From: Fibrobacter succinogenes subsp. succinogenes S85
GTDB taxonomy: Bacteria > Fibrobacterota > Fibrobacteria > Fibrobacterales > Fibrobacteraceae
Reading direction: 5' to 3'
NCBI RefSeq assembly: GCF_000146505.1
Contig: NC_017448.1
Coordinates: 3,300,001-3,332,000 of the forward strand
DNA: 32,000 nucleotides
The notes under the pieces are model-generated. The model did no database searches, was not told the DNA's origin, and saw only the letters and a program-made list of their open reading frames with translations. A program made the position numbers and the translations under genes. Of the stretch, positions 24,477-32,000 are shown in pieces. Position 1 is the stretch's first letter. The number at the start of each line of letters is the position of its first letter.

Positions 24477-26432
24477 TTACAGGGGAAGCTGGCCGAAGAA
24501 TCGCCAAAGGAGAACGCCGACAATCAAAGTACCCAAGTAGAACGGCAAGTAGCCGGCCTGGGCGAAACGGACCAAGTCACCGAGCTTGTGGACAAACCAG
24601 ACCGTAAAGGCGAGGAGTCCTTCAATTACGTAATCGTTGAATGCGCGGGCGACACGTGCGATACCGCCAAAGATAAACTGGCGGACAACGGCGTAGTACA
24701 TTTCATCAAAGTAGAACTTGTGGTAAATGACTTTGTAGATGCCGCTGCGGTTGGATTCGTCGAGGGCGCGCTGGACTTTTGCCCACGGGCTTGCGTAAAG
24801 CACCCAGGCAATCACGAGAGCGACAACGGCAATGCCGACGGCGACAAACGGGAGCCATTCCGCGTGGTCAAGCCTGACGAGCTGCGGAACGTTCAACTGG
24901 CCTGGAACAAAGAACTGTTCGAAAATACCCTTGCCGAGGACACCGCTCAAAAGTGCCGGGATGGCAAGGATTGCAATCGGGAGTGTCATCGCGAAATCTT
25001 CATGCACATGGCCTGCCTTGACACCTTCGTGACGCGGAGCGCCATGGAACGCAAGGAAGAACAGACGGAACATGTAGAATGTCGTGAGGCCGCTCGTGAG
25101 GAGCGCAAGCCCGAAGACAACGTAGTGATGTCCCTGGAATGCGGCGAGAATGATTTCGTCCTTGGAGAAGAATCCGGAGAATGGCGGAATGCCCGAAATG
25201 GCAAGAATCGAAATGAGCGTGCAAGCGTAAGTGAGCTTCATCTTCTTGCCGAGACCGCCCATCGCATCGAGATCGTTCGTGCCGACCTGATGAATAAGGC
25301 TACCGGCGATGAGGAACAAACTGCACTTGAAGAAGGCGTGCGTAAATATGTGGAACGTTGAAGCTGTCCAGCCGGTAACGGCGACAACCTGACCAATCTT
25401 GCAAGCGCCAAGTGCAAACATCATGTAACCGAGCTGCGAAAGCGTGGAGTAGGCGAGGATGCGCTTGATGTCCTTTTGCGTGCAAGCGATGACGGCTGCA
25501 AAGACCATCGTGAAGGCGCCAACCCACATGATGAGCGTGAGGGCGTTATCGCAAATGGCAAAGAACGGGAAGAGTCGAGCGACAAGGTAAACGCCTGCGA
25601 CGACCATCGTTGCACTGTGAATGATAGAGCTGACGGGTGTAGGACCTTCCATCGCGTTCGGGAGCCAGATATGCATCGGGAACATGGCGGACTTGCCCCA
25701 GCCACCGGTGAAAATCAAGATGGAGCCGAGAACGAGCGCTTCGGACTTCGGGATTGTCACAAGGCCGAGGTTGATGAACTGCTTCTGGAAGTCGATGAGG
25801 CTGAGCGAATTGAGCGTCGAAAAGTCGAAACTGCCGACGACGTAGCTCACAAGCACAATGCCGAGCAAGAAGAAGCTATCGGCAAAGCGGGTGAGGATGA
25901 ACGCTTGCTTGGATGCGCTCACGGCACTTGGCTTGTGGTACCAGAAGCCGATGAGCAAGTAACTCGAAACGCCGACGAGTTCCCAGAAGATGAACATCTG
26001 GAAAAGGTTTGTCGCGATGACGAGTCCGAGCATACTAAAACTGAACAACGAGAGGAGTGCAAAGAAACGACCCGCGGCACGGTCTTCGCGCATGTAGCCG
26101 ATGCTGTAGATGTTCACCATGAAGCTGATGAATGTGACGACCACGAGCATCATCACGGAGAGCGGGTCTACGAGCATGCCGATTCTTGCGACCAAATCCC
26201 CGATGAACGGGATAAACGTATGGTCGAACAGAATTGCCTTTTGCGGTGCAAAGTCCGAGCTGAAGTAGTGGAATGCGAGTGTGCCTGCGGCGGCAAAGGC
26301 AAGGCCGTTGCAAATGACAGCGAAAATCGCTGCGGCTTTTGCGCACTTGTTTCCGAGGAAAAGCCCGTTCACGACGAACGTGATGAGCGGGAACAATAGA
26401 ATCAAATAGCCGAGAGTGATATCATCAATCAT
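24477..26432 (-). CDS. nuoL: NADH-quinone oxidoreductase subunit L
   Basis: It is a 651-aa antiporter-like subunit with the C-terminal extension typical of NuoL (WLPNAMEGPTPVSSIIHSATMV). Confidence 0.85.
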   Translation of the reverse strand: MIDDITLGYLILLFPLITFVVNGLFLGNKCAKAAAIFAVICNGLAFAAAGTLAFHYFSSDFAPQKAILFDHTFIPFIGDLVARIGMLVDPLSVMMLVVVTFISFMVNIYSIGYMREDRAAGRFFALLSLFSFSMLGLVIATNLFQMFIFWELVGVSSYLLIGFWYHKPSAVSASKQAFILTRFADSFFLLGIVLVSYVVGSFDFSTLNSLSLIDFQKQFINLGLVTIPKSEALVLGSILIFTGGWGKSAMFPMHIWLPNAMEGPTPVSSIIHSATMVVAGVYLVARLFPFFAICDNALTLIMWVGAFTMVFAAVIACTQKDIKRILAYSTLSQLGYMMFALGACKIGQVVAVTGWTASTFHIFTHAFFKCSLFLIAGSLIHQVGTNDLDAMGGLGKKMKLTYACTLISILAISGIPPFSGFFSKDEIILAAFQGHHYVVFGLALLTSGLTTFYMFRLFFLAFHGAPRHEGVKAGHVHEDFAMTLPIAILAIPALLSGVLGKGIFEQFFVPGQLNVPQLVRLDHAEWLPFVAVGIAVVALVIAWVLYASPWAKVQRALDESNRSGIYKVIYHKFYFDEMYYAVVRQFIFGGIARVARAFNDYVIEGLLAFTVWFVHKLGDLVRFAQAGYLPFYLGTLIVGVLLWRFFGQLPL

Positions 26433-26730
26433 GGAGGTCCCTCAACTGGTCAACGTCAAGACTCTTGTGGCGGCGGTACATGGTCACGATAATCGCAAGG
26501 GCGATGGCCATTTCGCAAGCCGTCACGGCAATGACAAAGATACTGAACAGAGCGCCTGCGGTTGCATCGTGTGCGGTGAAGTAGGCGAAACTGATAAAGT
26601 TGATGTTTGCGGCATTCAGCATGAGCTCAATGGAAATGAGCATGCCGATGAGATGGCGGCGGCGCATCAGGCCCCAGACGCCAATCCCGAACAGCAAAAA
26701 TGCGAGAATCAAGCAATTCAGAAGGTTCAT
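26425..26730 (-). CDS. nuoK: NADH-quinone oxidoreductase subunit K
   Basis: It is 101 aa with 3 TM segments and the motif IELMLNAANINF. It overlaps nuoL by 8 nt. Confidence 0.85.
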   Translation of the reverse strand: MNLLNCLILAFLLFGIGVWGLMRRRHLIGMLISIELMLNAANINFISFAYFTAHDATAGALFSIFVIAVTACEMAIALAIIVTMYRRHKSLDVDQLRDLHD

Positions 26731-27299
26731 TTGCTAGCCTCCTCTTCGATATCTTCCTTGCTGCGGCGTGCGACCGTGATAGCGCAAATGAGCGTCATCA
26801 AGAGGAGCACGCTCACGATTTCAAACGGGATGATGAATCCGTTCGGATCGTTACCGAGTAAGCGCAAGGCGAAGTTCTGGAGTGAAGAATAGTCGGCGGG
26901 GGAATTCACGATGCCGCTTGCCAAGTCCGGAGTCGGCAGCACGCATTTGACCATCACGAATACAAACGCGATGGATAGCGCAAACGCGGTGAAAATTCGC
27001 GGCATCTTTGTCGTGAAAGCGTCTTCTCCCAAGTGGCTTGTGAGGAGAATCGTAAACACCACGAAAATCACGACACCGCCCACGTAAACCATCACCTGGG
27101 CAAGCGCAATGAATTCTGCGTGCATGAGCATGTAGAGGATGGCGGTCGTGACAAAGCTAAAGATAAGGAACACTGCGCTTTGCAGGATGTTTTTCACGGC
27201 AACGCAACAAACCGCCGTCATTAAAATCACGAATGCGACGACATAGAACGCAATGTCCATGCCTCCCATCGGGAATGATAAAGGCAAATCTGGGAACAT
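26727..27299 (-). CDS. nuoJ: NADH-quinone oxidoreductase subunit J
   Basis: It is a 190-aa membrane protein in the conserved position between nuoI and nuoK. It overlaps nuoK by 4 nt. Confidence 0.8.
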   Translation of the reverse strand: MFPDLPLSFPMGGMDIAFYVVAFVILMTAVCCVAVKNILQSAVFLIFSFVTTAILYMLMHAEFIALAQVMVYVGGVVIFVVFTILLTSHLGEDAFTTKMPRIFTAFALSIAFVFVMVKCVLPTPDLASGIVNSPADYSSLQNFALRLLGNDPNGFIIPFEIVSVLLLMTLICAITVARRSKEDIEEEASK

Positions 27300-27772
27300 T
27301 AACCTTGCCCCTCCTTCTTATTTAAAATCATTTCGAGATCGTTCGGGTCAGTTGTCGCAACTTCGAATGCGGGACTCATGCGGATGGCTCCAAACGGGCA
27401 GGCTTCCACGCAGAGGCCACACTGGGTGCAACTGGCGAAGTGGTACACGTAACGTCCGAGAACTTTCTTGCCCGCAATGTTCTTTGTGGCAAGCACGTTG
27501 ATGGAGGCGTTCGGGCAGGCGCGTTCGCACATGCCGCAAGCGGTGCAGTGGTTGTTGCCGTCTGCATCTTCGATCATTTCCAAGCGGCCGCGGTAGCGGT
27601 CGTGCATCTTGAGCGTCTTGCGGTTTTCGGGGTACTGTTCCGTAACGATGCGCTTAGGATTGAAAAAGTACTTGAGCGTCACGGACAATCCGCAAATGAG
27701 GCTCCACGGACCCGTAATGCAACGCTTCAAGTAGCGCTTGATATATTGTAATGTTGAAATCTTTTCTTGCAT
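27299..27772 (-). CDS. nuoI: NADH-quinone oxidoreductase subunit I (2x[4Fe-4S] ferredoxin-like)
   Basis: It has two CxxCxxCxxxCP motifs: CTACGMCERACP and CTQCGLCVEACP. Confidence 0.9.
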   Translation of the reverse strand: MQEKISTLQYIKRYLKRCITGPWSLICGLSVTLKYFFNPKRIVTEQYPENRKTLKMHDRYRGRLEMIEDADGNNHCTACGMCERACPNASINVLATKNIAGKKVLGRYVYHFASCTQCGLCVEACPFGAIRMSPAFEVATTDPNDLEMILNKKEGQG

Positions 27773-27775
27773 AAA

Positions 27776-28897
27776 CTAACCACCAATTGCGATAAAGGCT
27801 GCGCCAGCGACGAGCAACACTAGGTTTACCGGCAAAAGGAATTTCCATTCAAAGTCCATGAGCTGGTCCACGCGCGGGCGCACAAACGTCCAGCGGACCA
27901 TCATGTAGCACCAGACCATAAAGTAAATCTTGGCGAAGAACCATACGACGCCAGGTACCATGTTCAAGACGTTGTCCACAGCAGCGATGCCGATGCACGG
28001 CGGGAAGAATCCACCGAGGAAGCATGTGGTTGCAAGTGCGGAGTTCGTAATGAGTGCGATGTATTCGGCGAGGTAGAACATGGCAAACGGGGTGCCATTG
28101 TATTCCGTGTGGTAACCACCCGTGAGTTCCTGTTCTGCTTCGGCAATGTCGAACGGAGCGCGGTTCATTTCGGCGGTACTGGAAATAAAGAACAAGATGA
28201 ATGCAATGAAACCGAGGACCGGGATCTTGAAAATCCACCAGTCAAAAATGGTTCCTTCCTGGCCCATTGTAATGCTCATGAGGTTCGTAGAACCCGAAAT
28301 CATGACGACGAACAGGAGAATCATCGCAAACGAGATTTCGTAGCTGATCATCTGGGCGCCACTGCGGAGCGCACCGAGCAAGGAATACTTGTTGTTACTG
28401 CTCCAGCCGCCAAGCAAAATGCCGAGCACGCCAAAGCCGTTCACCGCGATGATGAGCGGGATGCCCATCGAGACGTCGGCCACGACAAGGTTCTTGTCGA
28501 ACGGAATCAAGGCGCAGACGATAAACGGTGCAATCAAGACGATTAGCGGAGCCAAGTAGAACATGAGCTTGTCTGCGCCACTCGGAGCGTACACTTCCTT
28601 GAAGAGCATCTTGATCACGTCCGCGATGGTCTGGAGCGTTCCGTGCCAGCCAAGACGCATCGGTCCCAAGCGGCATTGCACGTGAGCGCAAACCTTGCGT
28701 TCCATGTAAATGAGAATCGGGGCAGAGCCGATGTTCACCACGCAAACAGCGATAATGCAAATCACGGCGTTGATGAGGAAGGCGACGACGCTGTTGAGGT
28801 CTTCGGACTGGATGTTTGCGGGCAGATATTCTGCCAAGCGCGGAACCCATTCACGGACAAAGTCGCCAATAGGATGTGTTACTGAAGGTACAAACAT
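27776..28897 (-). CDS. nuoH: NADH-quinone oxidoreductase subunit H
   Basis: It shows ND1/NuoH motifs: GWSSNNKYSLLGALRSGAQMISYE and FDIAEAEQELTGGYHTEY. Confidence 0.9.
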   Translation of the reverse strand: MFVPSVTHPIGDFVREWVPRLAEYLPANIQSEDLNSVVAFLINAVICIIAVCVVNIGSAPILIYMERKVCAHVQCRLGPMRLGWHGTLQTIADVIKMLFKEVYAPSGADKLMFYLAPLIVLIAPFIVCALIPFDKNLVVADVSMGIPLIIAVNGFGVLGILLGGWSSNNKYSLLGALRSGAQMISYEISFAMILLFVVMISGSTNLMSITMGQEGTIFDWWIFKIPVLGFIAFILFFISSTAEMNRAPFDIAEAEQELTGGYHTEYNGTPFAMFYLAEYIALITNSALATTCFLGGFFPPCIGIAAVDNVLNMVPGVVWFFAKIYFMVWCYMMVRWTFVRPRVDQLMDFEWKFLLPVNLVLLVAGAAFIAIGG

Positions 28898-28900
28898 AAA

Positions 28901-30040
28901 CTACCTGTCAATTTCCGGAATCACGGGGTCAAGAGTTGCCATGATGGTCACGAGGTCCGAAATCTTGTGACCTTGAGCCATCTTGTTAATCGCTGCAATA
29001 TGCGGGAAGCTTGGGCCGCGTGTGTGGATGCGGTACGGCTTTTCACCGGTCGTTGCGGCGACAACATAAGTCGCGTAAAGACCCTTTGCGGTTTCAATTT
29101 CGCTGTAGTAGCGGCCCACGGGGAGTCGCACTGGCTTTTCCTTGGAACGCCACGGACCTTCGGTCGGGAACTTTTCGACGCACTGGCGCAGAATCTTCAT
29201 GGATTCGTGAATTTCTGCAATGCGGATTTTGTAGCGGTCGTAGCAGTCGCCGTTATGGAATACGGGCACGTCAAAGTCGAGCTGGTCGTAAATGCTATAC
29301 GGGTTTGCACGGCGCACGTCAAAGTTCACGCCGCTAGCGCGGAGCACAGGACCCGAGCAACCGTAAGCGATTGCATCTTCCTTGGAAAGAACTCCAATGC
29401 CGATGCTGCGTTCCAACACGATGATGTTTTTCGAAAGGAATCTTTCGTAGTCCTTCATCGTATCTTCCATGTGGTCGAGGAATGCTTTTACGCGCGGGAT
29501 AAACGTATCCGGCACGTCATAGCGGCTTCCGCCCGGTCTAAAGAAGTTCGTCGTAAGGCGGGAGCCTGTGACTTCTTCGAGGATGTCGTGAATCATTTCA
29601 CGTTCCTTGAAACCGAACAAGAGGCAAGTCTGTCCGCCAAGGTCACCGCCAAAGCAACCGTAGAACACCAAGTGCGAGGCAATGCGGCCAAGTTCCTGGA
29701 GCATCACGCGGATGTATTCGCCACGGAGCGGAACGCCCACGTTCATGCCCTTTTCAAGAGCGATGACAACGCCCAAGTTGTTCTGGATGGCGGTCAAATA
29801 GTCCTGACGGTCCGACATCGCGATGTACTGCAAGTAGCTCATCGATTCCGCTTGCTTTTCCATACCGCGGTGGATATAGCCAAAGTGCGGGACAACTTCT
29901 ACAATGGTCTCACCGTCCATGCGGAGCGTGAGACGCAAAGCACCGTGAGTACTCGGGTGCTGCGGACCCATGTTGATAAAAAATTCTTCAGTATTCGATT
30001 TGCGTTCGAGGCGAAATCCCGGAGGTAACTGATGACTCAT
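28901..30040 (-). CDS. nuoD: NADH-quinone oxidoreductase subunit D
   Basis: It shows [16 protein letters not shown] and HRGMEKQAE. The 49-kDa/NuoD architecture is present in 379 aa. Confidence 0.9.
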   Translation of the reverse strand: MSHQLPPGFRLERKSNTEEFFINMGPQHPSTHGALRLTLRMDGETIVEVVPHFGYIHRGMEKQAESMSYLQYIAMSDRQDYLTAIQNNLGVVIALEKGMNVGVPLRGEYIRVMLQELGRIASHLVFYGCFGGDLGGQTCLLFGFKEREMIHDILEEVTGSRLTTNFFRPGGSRYDVPDTFIPRVKAFLDHMEDTMKDYERFLSKNIIVLERSIGIGVLSKEDAIAYGCSGPVLRASGVNFDVRRANPYSIYDQLDFDVPVFHNGDCYDRYKIRIAEIHESMKILRQCVEKFPTEGPWRSKEKPVRLPVGRYYSEIETAKGLYATYVVAATTGEKPYRIHTRGPSFPHIAAINKMAQGHKISDLVTIMATLDPVIPEIDR

Positions 30041-31296
30041 ATAGGCCTCCTAATCATTTCCGGGTGGGTAAAGTCTTTACGGAGTGGGTAACCCACGAAG
30101 TCCTTGTCCAAGAAGATGCGGCGAAGGTCGGGGTGGTTTTCAAACTTGATGCCGAACATGTCGTAAACTTCGCGTTCCTTGATTTCTGCACCGGGATAGA
30201 GGTGCGAAATGGTCGGAACGCTTGCCAAAAGCGATGTCGGGCGTTTTTCTTCGTCAATCGAGAAGTCTTTCTTGAGCTGCACGCAAAGGAAAATCTTGTG
30301 GCCGATTTCAAGGCTTCTGAGCATTGTCACCATGTCGAAGTGATCGTCGTAGTCAATGGCGGTCACGTCAATCAGGTAATCCATCTTGAATTCGGGATCG
30401 TTCTTGACAAATTCAACGACGTTCAGGTAGTCTTCCTTTTCAAGCATGACTTCGAGCGGGCAATCCGCAGGCATCTTCGCGACAACATCTTCAGGAGTGT
30501 CTTCACCGCGCGTATGCACGGTCACGTTCGGGAACTTGGCGCGGAGCTTTGTGAAAAGTTCAAGCTGCGTCATGCCAAAGCGCTTGGCGGGCACGCGTTC
30601 CACTTCCGGAAAATCCGGTTTCTTGACGCGAATCGGCTTGAAGGCGCTCTTGTAGTCCGGATTTTCTTCCTTGAACTTCGCGCGGGCTTCGGCCATCTGC
30701 TCGTCTTTCATTTCTTCGAGAGCGGCCCAGGTTTTTGCGGCTTCGCGATAGCGGTCCATCGTCGAAACGTCTTTCGGTTCGCCTTCGTGCCAGGGGTTGC
30801 GGCAAGTTTCCTTGAGGATCTTCTCGCGGAGCGTCAAAAGTCCGTGGAAGAGTGCTTCGGGGCGCGGCGGACAGCCAGGAACGAACACGTCGACCGGAAT
30901 CAAGTTCTGTGCGCCACGAACAACGGAATAGTTGTCGTAGATGAACGGGCCGCCGCTAATCGTGCAGGCGCCCATGGCGATTACGTACTTGGGTCCTGGA
31001 ATTTGTTCCCAAAGCATCTGGATGGCGGGGGCCATGCGACGGGTAATCGTTCCTGCCAAAATAAACAAGTCCGCTTGTCGCGGGGACGAGCGGAACACTT
31101 CAGAGCCAAAACGGGCAATGTCATAACGAGCCATAGAACTCGACATCATTTCGATGGCGCAGCAGCTAGTACCGTATGTCAGTGGCCAAATGGAGTTTGC
31201 ACGGGCCCAGTTCACAACATAGTCGATGGCGTTTACAACGTACTTTCCACCGGGAATCGGGTCCAAAATCTTTGGAGCTAAATTGATTATTCCCAT
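30037..31296 (-). CDS. nuoB: Fused NADH-quinone oxidoreductase subunits B and C (NuoB residues about 1-165, charged linker about 166-240, NuoC about 241-419)
   Basis: The NuoB part has the N2-cluster cysteines ([26 protein letters not shown]). The NuoC / 30-kDa part has [21 protein letters not shown]. The two parts form one uninterrupted frame of 419 aa. Confidence 0.85.
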   Translation of the reverse strand: MGIINLAPKILDPIPGGKYVVNAIDYVVNWARANSIWPLTYGTSCCAIEMMSSSMARYDIARFGSEVFRSSPRQADLFILAGTITRRMAPAIQMLWEQIPGPKYVIAMGACTISGGPFIYDNYSVVRGAQNLIPVDVFVPGCPPRPEALFHGLLTLREKILKETCRNPWHEGEPKDVSTMDRYREAAKTWAALEEMKDEQMAEARAKFKEENPDYKSAFKPIRVKKPDFPEVERVPAKRFGMTQLELFTKLRAKFPNVTVHTRGEDTPEDVVAKMPADCPLEVMLEKEDYLNVVEFVKNDPEFKMDYLIDVTAIDYDDHFDMVTMLRSLEIGHKIFLCVQLKKDFSIDEEKRPTSLLASVPTISHLYPGAEIKEREVYDMFGIKFENHPDLRRIFLDKDFVGYPLRKDFTHPEMIRRPI

Positions 31297-31667
31297 TTGA
31301 GAATTCCTTTTTTCCAGGCGTAAGCAAGGCCCGAAACGAGAATCGCAATGAAGATGATAAGGTCGATAACGACGACTGATGGTGGGAGCGCCGTGTGGCC
31401 TGCCATGATTTCCTTGAAGTTCATCATGACGGGGAAGAGGAACAGCGCTTCGATATCAAACACGAGGAAGAGCAAGGCGAACAGGTAGTAGCCCACCTTG
31501 AACTGAATTCTTGCGTTGCCGATGGTTTCCATACCGCATTCGTACGGTGCCATCTTGTTCTTTGTATTCTTGGTGCGGTAGCCTAGCAATAGGCCTGTGA
31601 CGGTTGCCGCCGCCGCGATAAACGCGCCCAGAAAAAGGAAAATGGATAGAATGATATATTCTGACAT
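31287..31667 (-). CDS. nuoA: NADH-quinone oxidoreductase subunit A
   Basis: It is 126 aa with 3 TM segments and the motif [11 protein letters not shown]. It is the first gene of the cluster and overlaps nuoBC by 10 nt. Confidence 0.85.
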   Translation of the reverse strand: MSEYIILSIFLFLGAFIAAAATVTGLLLGYRTKNTKNKMAPYECGMETIGNARIQFKVGYYLFALLFLVFDIEALFLFPVMMNFKEIMAGHTALPPSVVVIDLIIFIAILVSGLAYAWKKGILKWE

Positions 31668-31691
31668 ATTATTTCTCGCGGCTTCGCCGCA

Positions 31692-31764
31692 GTTGGCAGA
31701 ACTTAGTTGGTAGAACTTAGGAAAAATGATTTGTTTAAGTTCTAAGCTCTAAGTTCTAAGTTCT
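31692..31764. repeat. Inverted array of the AACTTAG/CTAAGTT repeat family
   Basis: There are two tandem GTTGG(C/T)AGAACTTAG units (31692-31720), a 14-15 nt spacer, then four heptads in the opposite orientation (TTAAGTT CTAAGCT CTAAGTT CTAAGTT, 31735-31762). Read directly from the sequence. The arms can pair into a long imperfect hairpin. It lies between the upstream partial gene and nuoA, with the nearest unit 24 nt from the nuoA ATG. Confidence 0.8.
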
Positions 31765-31767
31765 CCT

Positions 31768-32000
31768 TTAATAGAAATTCTGCAAATCCTGAACGGTTCC
31801 GAATAGCGTATTGCCAATCTGGAATCGGTCCAGAACGTGTTTCAGTAGCTCCTTGAATTCGTCAATGGTGCCTGCGTTCATTGTGTTCAACTTCCCTTGA
31901 ATGTCGCTCACGAATCCGTACACCACAGGGCTCGATTTCATGCCTTGCATTTCCCCACTCCATTGCTGCAACACTTTGTCCGTGTCAATCCTTGCGATAA
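31768..32000 (-). CDS. Hypothetical protein, C-terminal part only (5' end lies beyond the right edge)
   Basis: The reading frame stays open from the stop at 31768 to the window edge (...IARIDTDKVLQQWSGEMQGMKSS...QDLQNFY). I recognised no motif. Confidence 0.4.
   Translation of the reverse strand, partial: IARIDTDKVLQQWSGEMQGMKSSPVVYGFVSDIQGKLNTMNAGTIDEFKELLKHVLDRFQIGNTLFGTVQDLQNFY

Noticed and set aside
31692-31764. The heptad/15-mer repeat arrays (also at 6132-6160) as a possible CRISPR array or mobile element.
   Set aside because: The units are 7-15 nt, directly abutting or inverted, with no spacers of 25-40 nt and no cas genes. No transposase or target-site duplication is visible either. 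I treated them as an intergenic repeat or regulatory family instead.

Overview
This 32 kb window reads as a gene-dense chromosomal core region, roughly 50% GC by eye, with about 30 genes, most on the minus strand. The gene content fits an anaerobic fibre degrader of the FCB / Fibrobacter type, but that is a guess from protein flavour, not a search result.

Contents from left to right:
- A secreted GH74-like Asp-box glycoside hydrolase that runs off the left edge. The ORF track misses it and shows only its antisense shadow.
- A histidine-phosphatase lipoprotein, an 8-TM membrane protein and rfbD.
- A futalosine-pathway radical-SAM enzyme of the MqnE/MqnC family.
- An initiator-type tRNA-Met.
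- recN, translationally coupled to an unusually long CDP-alcohol phosphatidyltransferase.
- trmB, an RNase Z-like MBL hydrolase, a small lipoprotein, xth and an orphan PotD-like binding lipoprotein.
- A beta-barrel outer-membrane protein and a class I aminotransferase.
- Two tandem paralogous sensor-GAF-GGDEF diguanylate cyclases.
- A standalone HsdR_N-type PD-(D/E)xK protein, xseA and an orphan Phd/YefM antitoxin.
- A complete 10-gene nuoA-BC-D-H-I-J-K-L-M-N operon that lacks nuoEFG and carries a NuoB-NuoC fusion.

I see no CRISPR array, transposase, integrase or recognisable defence island, and I cannot support a claim of a new multi-gene system.

The observations most worth a second look:
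1. A repeat family of AACTTAG heptads and a GTTGGYAGAACTTAG 15-mer. It occurs only at two loci, each 21-24 nt upstream of a respiratory-chain gene (mqn and nuoA).
2. The EFG-less, BC-fused complex I.
3. A 99 bp compound palindrome between trmB and recN.
4. The toxin-less antitoxin flanked by hairpins.
5. The tandem GGDEF pair.

Many long ORFs in the track are codon-aligned antisense shadows and were rejected.
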